A stretch of 24,000 nucleotides of DNA from Micrococcoides hystricis (GCF_042434215.1 NZ_JBHLUB010000028.1:1-24000); one strand, 5' to 3'; positions 6,990 through 14,564 are shown, counted from the first letter of the stretch. A program made the numbers and translations. Notes: generated from the letters alone by a model not told the origin.

Positions 6990-8036
6990 ATGGATTTCTC
7001 ACTATTTATACACATGGAACGGTGGGATGATGAAATCACTCACCAACAAGCTTGGGAGAACTTAGTCGAACTCACCCTCATGGCTGAAGCTGGGGGATTT
7101 CGAACCGTTTGGATTGGTGAGCACCACTCAATGGAGTACACAATTTCTCCCAATCCGATGAGTCAGTTGGCCTATTTGGCGGGGAAAACTGAAAAAATTC
7201 GGCTTGGTGCTGGAACCATTATCGCTCCGTTCTGGAATCCTCTACGTGCAGCGGGAGAAGGTCCACTATTAGACGTCATTTCTGGTGGACGAGCGGAGAT
7301 GGGAGTCGCACGAGGTGCCTACCAGTTTGAGTTTGACCGGATGGCGGATGGTCTGCCTGCCACAGATGGCGGACAGCATTTGAGGGAACTCGTGCCGGCC
7401 ATGAAGAAGCTGTGGGAAGGCGACTATGCTCACGAGGGGAAGATCTGGAAATTCCCAGTTTCTACGAGTGTGCCGAAGCCAGTTCAAACACCTGGACCAC
7501 CTGTATGGGTGGCTGCACGTGACATCAATTCTCATGAATTTGCTGTTGAGAATGGTTGCAATGTAATGGTGACACCGTTGATGAAAGATGACGACGAAGT
7601 CGTCGATCTATTGAGTAAGTTCAATTCGGCGGTTGACAAGTTTAAACCTGCTGACAAACCAAAAATCATGGTGCTGCGCCACACTTTCGTCCATGATGAA
7701 AATGCCCCTGACCATTGGAAGGTTGGAGCTGCTGGTGTCAACAAGTTCTATCGCACTTTTGACGCATGGTTCGGAAACAAGACCGATCCAGTCAACGGAT
7801 TCCTAGAACCGAGCCCGGAATCAAAATTCGCTGACAGGCCGGAATTTTCGCTCGACTCGTTGCGCCGGAGTGCCATGATTGGAACTCCAAGCGAAGTCAT
7901 CGAACGAGTGCGACAGTACAAGGAATGGGGAGTCGATGAATATAGCTTCTGGTGCGACAACAGCCTGTCTCATGAGGAAAAGAAGCAGTCACTAAAGCTG
8001 TTTATCGATGAGGTCGTCCCTGCCATCAACAAATAG
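6990..8036 (+). CDS. LLM-class (luciferase-like) flavin-dependent monooxygenase/oxidoreductase
   Basis: At 348 aa it has the N-terminal pattern typical of bacterial luciferase-like monooxygenases (FSLF....E......AEAGGF..VWIGEHH). AAGGAG lies 6 nt upstream of the ATG. Confidence 0.85.
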   Translation: MDFSLFIHMERWDDEITHQQAWENLVELTLMAEAGGFRTVWIGEHHSMEYTISPNPMSQLAYLAGKTEKIRLGAGTIIAPFWNPLRAAGEGPLLDVISGGRAEMGVARGAYQFEFDRMADGLPATDGGQHLRELVPAMKKLWEGDYAHEGKIWKFPVSTSVPKPVQTPGPPVWVAARDINSHEFAVENGCNVMVTPLMKDDDEVVDLLSKFNSAVDKFKPADKPKIMVLRHTFVHDENAPDHWKVGAAGVNKFYRTFDAWFGNKTDPVNGFLEPSPESKFADRPEFSLDSLRRSAMIGTPSEVIERVRQYKEWGVDEYSFWCDNSLSHEEKKQSLKLFIDEVVPAINK

Positions 8037-8051
8037 AAATTCAAAGGCTAA

Positions 8052-8087
8052 GTGTGCCGCTCGAAGATATTTCTTCGGGTGGCACAC
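8052..8087. terminator. Bidirectional intrinsic-terminator-like hairpin between the convergent LLM and tag genes
   Basis: GTGTGCCGCTCGAAGA (8052-8067), a tatt loop, and TCTTCGGGTGGCACAC (8072-8087) form a 16-bp stem with two G:U pairs. A T-rich tract follows on the minus strand. The hairpin coincides with the composition shift. Confidence 0.6.
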
Positions 8088-8140
8088 TGTCTGTAACAGG
8101 GCGAAGAACCTGTTTCCATTGGAAATGCTATGGGTGGTTC

Positions 8141-8746
8141 TTATTTGGAACTAATCCCTCTGCGGTAAGAACCCACGATGTGGGTGTCTACCATCCCAAT
8201 TGCTTCCATCATGGCGAAAATCAGGGTCGGTCCCACGAAGGTGAAACCGCGCTTCTTTAGCTCCTTGGCCAAAGCGATGGACTCCGCTGACTGGCTAGGC
8301 ACTTCGGCGGCCGTGCGCGGTGCGAATTCCTGCTCGGGCCGGTAACTCCAGATCAACTCAGCCAGACCCGCATTGTCTCTAAGCTTGATGGTCGCAGCTG
8401 CGTTCTGCACCACCGCATTAATCTTGCGCCGGTTCCGAATCATGGTTGGATCCGCCAAGAGAGCTTCTATTTCATCTTCATCCATGCCGACGACCTTGTC
8501 CGGCACGAAGTTGTGAAACGCGGTCCGAAGTCTGTCCCGCCGACGCAAAACCGTCAGCCACGACAGGCCAGCTTGAAATCCTTCAAGACTGAGTCGTTCA
8601 AACAACCCTTGTTCGTCCCTGACGGGCACGCCCCATTCCTGATCGTAGTAATCCAGCAGGAGCGGGTCCGCAAGAGCCCAAGCCGAGCGGAGTTTCCCAT
8701 CCGGTCCTGGCTGCAAGTCTGGGGGGTTCGAAGCTCGAGTTTCCAT
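8141..8746 (-). CDS. tag: DNA-3-methyladenine glycosylase I
   Basis: DPLLLDYYDQEWGVP, LSLEGFQAGLSW.TVL.RR, IRNRRKI and KKRGFTFVGPT align with E. coli Tag as I recall it. The start is uncertain: ATG 8746 is chosen, and the track gives TTG at 8779. Confidence 0.85.
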   Translation of the reverse strand: METRASNPPDLQPGPDGKLRSAWALADPLLLDYYDQEWGVPVRDEQGLFERLSLEGFQAGLSWLTVLRRRDRLRTAFHNFVPDKVVGMDEDEIEALLADPTMIRNRRKINAVVQNAAATIKLRDNAGLAELIWSYRPEQEFAPRTAAEVPSQSAESIALAKELKKRGFTFVGPTLIFAMMEAIGMVDTHIVGSYRRGISSK

Positions 8747-8872
8747 GTGTCGATCATAGAGACGTTCGGACACCTGCAAAATAGCCGAGGTAAGCGGCAG
8801 GCTGATCTGGGGTGCAACGGTTGCCTGTGGAGGAAGTGGCTCGGGCAGCTTCAGTGTCTTAGTGTGGAAGCC

Positions 8873-9460
8873 ATGGGATCTAAGTCACAACGTGAACGCA
8901 TGGAAGCTGGCGAGCTGTACAACGCCAACGATCCCGAGTTGCACCGCCTGACGGAGAATGCTCGGCTGATCTGTGGCGAATTCAACGAACACTACGCAGA
9001 GAACAGTATGGCCGCCCAAACCATTGTTGGCGAGCTCTTGGGTGGTTTTGGTGCCGACTCACATATCCGCGCCCCACTGTGTGTGGACTACGGTATCAAC
9101 ATCTTTGTGGGGGAGCGGACCTTCATCAACTTCAACTTGACCGCTTTGGATGTTGCCCGGATAGAGATTGGAAATGACTGCCAAATCGGGCCCAACGTCC
9201 AGTTGCTGACACCAACCCACCCGCTGGACCCGCAGCTGCGTTTGCAGAAGTTGGAGGCCGGCGAACCGATTGTGCTGGAAGACAATGTGTGGCTTGGCGG
9301 TGGGGTGATCGTCTGCCCAGGAGTGCGGATCGGTGAAAACTCGGTGATCGGCGCCGGTGCGGTGGTCCTGCATGACGTCCCACCAAACTCAGTGGCGGTC
9401 GGCAACCCGGCACGGGTGATCAAACGAACCGATGGGACCGTGCCGGAAGAGCTGGACTAG
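8873..9460 (+). CDS. maa: Maltose/galactoside-type sugar O-acetyltransferase (hexapeptide-repeat, Mac N-terminal domain)
   Basis: ERMEAGELYNANDPEL......CGEFN is a Mac domain. It is followed by left-handed beta-helix hexapeptide repeats (IGNDCQIGPNV, VWLGGGVIVCPGVRIGENSVIGAGAVV) and ends NPARVIK. The ATG at 8873 is preceded by GGAAG. The track's 8513 start is an antisense-to-tag extension. Confidence 0.85.
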   Translation: MGSKSQRERMEAGELYNANDPELHRLTENARLICGEFNEHYAENSMAAQTIVGELLGGFGADSHIRAPLCVDYGINIFVGERTFINFNLTALDVARIEIGNDCQIGPNVQLLTPTHPLDPQLRLQKLEAGEPIVLEDNVWLGGGVIVCPGVRIGENSVIGAGAVVLHDVPPNSVAVGNPARVIKRTDGTVPEELD

Positions 9461-9466
9461 AACCGC

Positions 9467-9763
9467 TTACAGGTAGAGGCCGGTGACGATGTCAGCGGAG
9501 TCAGGTTCCGCGACGGCGTGGATGTCTCGTTCGCGCAGCAGAATGTAGCTTTGAGCGGAAATTTCGACTTCGTGACGGTCTTCGGGGTCGAAAAGAACCT
9601 TGTCGCCGTTGCTGACCTGTCGAACGTTCGGGCCGGTCGCGACCACATCTGCCCATGCAAGCCGCTTGCCCATCTGCGCGGTGGCGGGGATGACAATGCC
9701 GGAGGCGGAACGGCGTTCAGCGGCCTCATCATCGAGCTTGACCAAGATACGGTCATGCAGCAT
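9467..9763 (-). CDS. GroES/Cpn10-fold small protein (non-canonical GroES paralog) with a C-terminal tail
   Basis: MLHDRILVKLDD.....SASGIVIP....GK...A.VVATGP......GDKVLF......EV......YILLRERDIHAV follows the Cpn10 pattern. It lacks the roof-hairpin segment and adds a tail, EPDSADIVTGLYL. The upstream 50 codons of the track ORF are unlikely to be coding. Confidence 0.7.
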   Translation of the reverse strand: MLHDRILVKLDDEAAERRSASGIVIPATAQMGKRLAWADVVATGPNVRQVSNGDKVLFDPEDRHEVEISAQSYILLRERDIHAVAEPDSADIVTGLYL

Positions 9764-9875
9764 TTTCACCGGTAATGACTGTTCAATCTCATCCACGAGA
9801 ACTAAGTGTAGCTGGCATGAAGACGGTAAGCTGGATATCAGGAACCTGAACCCGAAAGCGGAGAACATCTTCCTC

Positions 9876-10688
9876 ATGGCAAAAAACCCAGTTTTTAACT
9901 CTAAAAACTTCAAATCACAACTCCAAACACAGCCACCTGCAGGCTACGGCACCACTCAACAGGGCTACGGCCAGCCGATGTCACCAGAGCAATTGCAGGA
10001 CATGTACAACGCTCCGGCAGCCACTGCGGCCCAAACCGGTCGCGTTACCTACAGCGATGTCATTAACAAGACCCTGATCTCGCTGGCCCTCGTGCTGGCG
10101 GGTGCAGTGCTGGGTTGGAACGTTACCGGCCTGCTGCTGATCGGCATCGTCGCCGGCGTGGTCTTGGGTCTGGTCAACTCCTTTAAGAAGAAGCCATCCC
10201 CGCCACTGATCTTGGCCTACTCCTTCTCCCAAGGTGTGGTTCTGGGTGCCATCTCCGGCATCCTGGAGTACTACTACCCAGGTATCGCCATTCAGGCAGT
10301 GGTGGCCACGCTGTCCGTCTTCGCAGGTGTGTTGGCGCTGTTCAAGTCCGGCAAGATTCGGACCTCGCCAAAGCTGACGAAGATCTTCTACGCAGCCATG
10401 CTGGGTTACCTGCTCTTCTCCTTGGTGAACTTCGGTCTGGTGCTGTTCGGTGCCACCGATTCGATGTTCGGTTTGCGCTCTGGCTGGTTGGGTCTAGCGA
10501 TCGGTCTGTTCGCTGTGGCGCTGGCTTCCTACTCGCTTGTGATGGACTTTGAAGACATCGCCCGCGCGGTGAACACGGGTGCTCCGAAGATCGTCGCATG
10601 GATCGGCGCTTTCGGCCTGACCGTTACCTTGGTCTGGTTGTACATCGAGATCATCCGGATCATCGCCATCCTGCGTGGCAGTGACTAA
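9876..10688 (+). CDS. Bax inhibitor-1/YccA family membrane protein
   Basis: A Q/G/Y-rich N-terminus is followed by about 7 TM helices, a layout typical of actinobacterial BI-1-like proteins. The ATG at 9876 has GGAGA upstream. The track start at 9600 is antisense to the GroES-like gene. Confidence 0.75.
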   Translation: MAKNPVFNSKNFKSQLQTQPPAGYGTTQQGYGQPMSPEQLQDMYNAPAATAAQTGRVTYSDVINKTLISLALVLAGAVLGWNVTGLLLIGIVAGVVLGLVNSFKKKPSPPLILAYSFSQGVVLGAISGILEYYYPGIAIQAVVATLSVFAGVLALFKSGKIRTSPKLTKIFYAAMLGYLLFSLVNFGLVLFGATDSMFGLRSGWLGLAIGLFAVALASYSLVMDFEDIARAVNTGAPKIVAWIGAFGLTVTLVWLYIEIIRIIAILRGSD

Positions 10689-10730
10689 CTAGATTCCCAT
10701 GATGGATTCGTAAAGTGACCTAACGGTCGG

Positions 10731-10767
10731 AGAGGGCAGGGGAGACTCTGCCCTCTTCTTATTTTGT
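10731..10767 (+). terminator. Rho-independent terminator after the BI-1 gene
   Basis: AGAGGGCAG (10731-10739), an 8-nt loop and CTGCCCTCT (10748-10756) are followed by TCTTATTTTGT. Confidence 0.7.
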
Positions 10768-10788
10768 AGCGGAAAGTGATACAGAAAC

Positions 10789-11961
10789 GTGCGAAATCTT
10801 TTCTCACCGGGAGCCCGTCAACCCAACCCGGACCGGCGTCCGCTGGCGCAGCGAACCGATGACCAAGCCTTCAAAGAGGTTCCTTACGGTCTACGCGTCG
10901 CCTCCGAATGGGGTCTTCGGTTCATCATCGTTGTGGTGGCTACAGGTGTGCTGCTGTGGCTCATGAGCTTCCTGACGCTGCTGATCATTCCGCTGATGGC
11001 AGCCGCGTTGCTGGCCACGCTGCTCTCCCCGCTACATCACCGGATGCGTTCGTGGGGCGTGCCCAATGGGTTGTCCGTCCTGATCACTATTTTGGCCTTC
11101 CTCGGGTTCCTAGCCGGCTCCATTGCCATGGTGGGCCAGCAGCTGGTGACTGGTTTCGCTGAGATGTGGGGGCAGGTCGTCGACGGCTGGAACAAGATCA
11201 TGATCTGGTTGGCCGATGGCCCATTGCATGTCTCATCTGCCCAGATCGAAAACGCTATTAGCGACTTTTTCGAAGTCATCCAATCCAACTCCAACACCAT
11301 CATTTCCGGTGCCATGAGCTTTGGCTCCACCGCCGGAAACTTTGCCGCCGGAAGCATCTTGGCGCTTTTCGCACTGGTGTTCTTCCTCCTGGACGGCAAG
11401 GGCATCTGGCGGTTCCTGCTGAACTTCACGCCCCGCCGCGACCGACAAGCCATTGAGGGCGCTGGCTACGCGGGATGGGATTCGCTGGGCTCATACGTGC
11501 GCGTGCAGGTCTTCGTGGCTGCCGTGGACGCCGTGGGTATCGGTTTGGGTGCGCTGTTGCTTGGCGTTCCGTTTGCCTTGCCGCTGGGCGTGTTGGTCTT
11601 CCTAGGTTCCTTCATTCCGATCGTCGGTGCAGTGCTGACCGGCGCGATCGCAGTACTGCTGGCACTGATCGCCAACGGATGGCTCAATGCCTTGATCATG
11701 CTGGGTGTCGTCTTGCTTGTGCAGCAGGTTGAATCCAACATTCTGCAGCCACTGGTCATGGGTAAAGCCGTCCAATTGCACCCACTGGCAGTTGTGCTGG
11801 CCGTGACCGGCGGAACCACGCTAGCCGGTATCGTCGGTGCGGTCTTCGCAGTGCCACTGCTGGCCTTGGTCAATCGGATGGTCCAGTACTTAGCCAAACG
11901 GGAATGGATCTCTGATCCCCGAATACAACCGGCGACACAGATCCCGTCCGTCAGACCCTAA
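10789..11961 (+). CDS. AI-2E family transporter (PerM/YhhT, UPF0118)
   Basis: The 390-aa polytopic membrane protein carries the family C-terminal block NALIMLGVVLLVQQVESNILQPLVMGK. The GTG start is tentative. Confidence 0.8.
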   Translation: MRNLFSPGARQPNPDRRPLAQRTDDQAFKEVPYGLRVASEWGLRFIIVVVATGVLLWLMSFLTLLIIPLMAAALLATLLSPLHHRMRSWGVPNGLSVLITILAFLGFLAGSIAMVGQQLVTGFAEMWGQVVDGWNKIMIWLADGPLHVSSAQIENAISDFFEVIQSNSNTIISGAMSFGSTAGNFAAGSILALFALVFFLLDGKGIWRFLLNFTPRRDRQAIEGAGYAGWDSLGSYVRVQVFVAAVDAVGIGLGALLLGVPFALPLGVLVFLGSFIPIVGAVLTGAIAVLLALIANGWLNALIMLGVVLLVQQVESNILQPLVMGKAVQLHPLAVVLAVTGGTTLAGIVGAVFAVPLLALVNRMVQYLAKREWISDPRIQPATQIPSVRP

Positions 11962-12075
11962 CTGGCGAGGCCTTTTTCAGGCGCATGGTCGCTGGTGCCG
12001 GAGTAACGGCGGCGCATCGAGAACGGAAGCGACGTAAACTAGATCAAGACCCCACGTAGAAGGCTGACCACATCG

Positions 12076-13347
12076 ATGAGTACCGACCAAACCATGTCCA
12101 CAACCGCCCTGACCTCTAAGGTGACCCTGGCTGATATTGAATCCGCGGCCAAACTCTTAGACGGCGTGATTGTGAAGACCCCGGTCGATCACTCGCGGGC
12201 ACTCGGTCGCCTAACCGGTTCCTCGGTGTATCTGAAATGCGAGAACCTGCAGCGTGCCGGGTCCTTCAAGGTGCGCGGCGCTTACGTTCGGATGGCGCGC
12301 CTCTCGGATGAAGAGAAGGCCTGCGGTGTGGTCGCCGCATCTGCTGGCAACCACGCCCAAGGCGTTGCCCTTGCCGCCTCCAAACTCGGTATTAAGGCCC
12401 GCATCTACATGCCATTGGGCGTCGCGTTGCCGAAGCTGGCCGCCACCAAAGACCACGGTGCGGAAGTTGTGCTCCACGGCGAAAACGTGGATGAGGCGTT
12501 GGCCGAAGCGCAACGCTATGCAGAAGAATCTGGCGCGATCTTCATTCACCCCTTCGACAACCCCGATGTGATCGCCGGTCAAGGCACGATTGGGCTCGAA
12601 ATTCTTGAGCAACTTCCTGAAGTCGACACCATCGTCATGGGTGTCGGGGGCGGCGGATTGCTGTCCGGTGTTGCCACCGCGGTCAAGGCCAGAGCCAAAC
12701 AAATGGGCCGGGACATCAAGGTCATCGGTGTGCAGGCAGAAAACGCCGCAGCATACCCGCCCTCGCTCGCCGCAGATGCCGTGGTGCCGCTGGATCGAGT
12801 CTCCACCATCGCGGACGGCATTGCCGTGGGAAAACCAGGGGCATTGCCCTTCAAGATCATCCGAGAGCTGGTTGATGAAGTCGTCACGGTTTCTGAAGAC
12901 GGCCTAGCCCAAGCCCTGATCTTCTTGCTCGAACGCTCCAAAATGGTCGTCGAGCCCGCCGGTGCCTCCGGCGTGGCCGCCTTGTTGGAGAACAAACTCA
13001 AAGAAATCGGTATCGAGTCCAAGAACACCGTCGTGGTGCTCTCCGGCGGTAACATCGACCCGATGCTGATGCTCAAAGTCATTCAGCGTGGTCTCTCCGC
13101 CGCCAGTAGGTTCCTCACCGTGAAGATCATGCTGCATGACCGCGCCGGTGAGCTGGCGACCATCTCCCGTATCATCGCCGAAGCCGACGCGAACGTCACC
13201 GGTGTGGATCACACCCGCATTGGCGGTTCGCTGTCCATGGGGGACGTGTCCATCACGATCGACATGGAGACTAAGGGCGAAGAGCATTCCGAAGAAGTAC
13301 TCAACGCGCTGCGCTCCGCCGGTTATCAGCCGATTACGGTCAACTAG
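12076..13347 (+). CDS. ilvA: Threonine ammonia-lyase (threonine dehydratase), short form with one ACT-like regulatory domain
   Basis: The PLP-lysine motif is ENLQRAGSFKVRGA. SAGNHAQGVA and the glycine-rich loop GVGGGGL are present, and the C-terminal part of the 423 aa is ACT-like. Confidence 0.92.
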   Translation: MSTDQTMSTTALTSKVTLADIESAAKLLDGVIVKTPVDHSRALGRLTGSSVYLKCENLQRAGSFKVRGAYVRMARLSDEEKACGVVAASAGNHAQGVALAASKLGIKARIYMPLGVALPKLAATKDHGAEVVLHGENVDEALAEAQRYAEESGAIFIHPFDNPDVIAGQGTIGLEILEQLPEVDTIVMGVGGGGLLSGVATAVKARAKQMGRDIKVIGVQAENAAAYPPSLAADAVVPLDRVSTIADGIAVGKPGALPFKIIRELVDEVVTVSEDGLAQALIFLLERSKMVVEPAGASGVAALLENKLKEIGIESKNTVVVLSGGNIDPMLMLKVIQRGLSAASRFLTVKIMLHDRAGELATISRIIAEADANVTGVDHTRIGGSLSMGDVSITIDMETKGEEHSEEVLNALRSAGYQPITVN

Positions 13348-13349
13348 CC

Positions 13350-13805
13350 ATGAAACTCAGTGCCTTCGCCGACGTTTGCCTCAGAGTCATGATGTTCACG
13401 GGCGCTGAGAACCGGGAGTCGGGCGCTCAGGCACTGACCACCACGCAAGAGCTGGCCGATGCTATCCAAGTCCCTTACAACCACGTGGCCAAAGCGGTGC
13501 TGCAGTTGCGCAAACTCGGGGTGCTGGAAGTAACTCGCGGACGCAGCGGGGGAACACGGATCTCCCCGGACGGGATGGACACCTCGGTGGGTGCGATCCT
13601 GAGACAACTGGACACTCGGGAGGACGTGGTCGACTGCGAGACCACGAATCACACCTGCCCGCTGGCTTCACGCTGCCGGTTACGCCGGGCCCTGCGGGAC
13701 GCGCGGGAAGCGTTCTATGCGACGCTCGATCCGCTGACCGTGGCAGACCTTGTCGATGAGAGCCGCACATTCGTGCCGATGCCCACCATCCCCGAACAGA
13801 AATAG
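13350..13805 (+). CDS. Rrf2 family transcriptional regulator (NsrR/IscR-like, three-Cys cluster motif)
   Basis: MKLSAFADVCLRVMMF is followed by the HTH ELADAIQVPYNHVAKAVLQLRKLGVLEVTRGRSGG, then C-x6-C-x5-C (CETTNHTCPLASRC). It starts 2 nt after the ilvA stop. Confidence 0.85.
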   Translation: MKLSAFADVCLRVMMFTGAENRESGAQALTTTQELADAIQVPYNHVAKAVLQLRKLGVLEVTRGRSGGTRISPDGMDTSVGAILRQLDTREDVVDCETTNHTCPLASRCRLRRALRDAREAFYATLDPLTVADLVDESRTFVPMPTIPEQK

Positions 13806-13841
13806 GGCCCAGTCTACACAGGGCTTTTCGCGCATAAAAAA

Positions 13842-13879
13842 GGTCTTCGTCGGTTTCTTCTGTGAAACCAACGAAGACC
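13842..13879. terminator. Bidirectional intrinsic terminator between the Rrf2 gene and greA
   Basis: GGTCTTCGTCGGTTTC (13842-13857), a ttctgt loop and GAAACCAACGAAGACC (13864-13879) form a 16-bp stem with one mismatch. It is flanked by an A-run upstream and TTTTCT downstream. Confidence 0.8.
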
Positions 13880-13898
13880 TTTTCTAGACGGGGAAGTC

Positions 13899-14393
13899 TT
13901 AGCCCTTGAAAGGCGTGACTTTGACGATCTCCACGGCGATATCTTTACCGTTTGGAGCCTCGTAGCTGAGCTTGTCACCCTCTTTGTGACCCTGAATCGC
14001 GGAACCGATTGGGGACTTCTCCGAATAAACGGTCAGATCCGAATCGCCGGCGATCTCGCGATTGCCAAACAGGAAGGTCATTTCCTTGTTCGCAACCTTG
14101 GCGGTCACAACCATGCCCGGCTCGACCACGCCATCATCCTTCGGGGCATGCCCGACAGTGGCGGTTTCGAGCAGCTGGGTGAGCTCGCGAATACGTGCTT
14201 CAATCTTGCCCTGCTCATCCTTGGCTGCATGGTAGCCACCATTTTCTTTGAGGTCGCCCTCTTCACGGGCAGCCTCGATACGAGCAACAACTTCTGTGCG
14301 GGCCGGTCCACTCAGGTGCTCCAGTTCCGCGCTGAGGCGGTCGTAGGCTTCCTGAGTGAGCCAAGCGCCAGTGTGTTCCGATGTGGGTGACAC
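13899..14393 (-). CDS. greA: Transcription elongation factor GreA
   Basis: The 164-aa product has an N-terminal coiled coil (LTQEAYDRLSAELEHL...AR.EGDLKENGGYHAAKDEQ) and a C-terminal FKBP-like domain. The start is GTG, with AGGAG 5 nt upstream. Confidence 0.95.
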   Translation of the reverse strand: MSPTSEHTGAWLTQEAYDRLSAELEHLSGPARTEVVARIEAAREEGDLKENGGYHAAKDEQGKIEARIRELTQLLETATVGHAPKDDGVVEPGMVVTAKVANKEMTFLFGNREIAGDSDLTVYSEKSPIGSAIQGHKEGDKLSYEAPNGKDIAVEIVKVTPFKG

Positions 14394-14403
14394 GTGTACT
14401 CCT

Positions 14404-14461
14404 ACAAAATAAAGGCCCCGCCGGAAGGTGCGAAACGAAGAGGCTCGCTTCCCGTCGGGGC
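14404..14461 (-). promoter_or_regulatory. Terminator-like GC-rich hairpin plus U-tract in the greA 5' leader (candidate attenuator)
   Basis: On the minus strand, GCCCCGACGGGAAG...CTTCCGGCGGGGC (14461-14415) is followed by CTTTATTTTGT. The SD AGGAG and the GTG start come immediately after. There is no room for a promoter between the hairpin and the start codon. Confidence 0.45.
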
Positions 14462-14564
14462 AATGCCTTATTCGAACAATGCTACGGGTTTGATGATTCG
14501 CTTCACAAGTAAGCAGGGCTTGCTGAGTCGAACATGACTCGAAAAAAGCTCCGGAAAGGCCGTC

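Noticed and set aside
8054-8260. 68-aa ORF spanning the LLM/tag intergenic hairpin and the tag 3' end
   Set aside because: It starts inside the terminator stem, overlaps tag on the antisense strand, and has no SD or family signal.
8513-8872. N-terminal 120 codons of track ORF 8513..9460
   Set aside because: This stretch lies antisense to the well-supported tag gene and has low-complexity, R/S/P-rich content. The acetyltransferase homology, including its Mac domain, begins at the ATG at 8873, which has its own SD.
9600-9913. Long 5' extensions of both divergent ORFs (9600..10688 plus strand and 9467..9913 minus strand)
   Set aside because: Each extension is antisense to the other gene's supported coding region or lies in the shared promoter region. 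Family-typical N-termini begin at 9876 (MAKNPVF...) and 9763 (MLHDRILV...).
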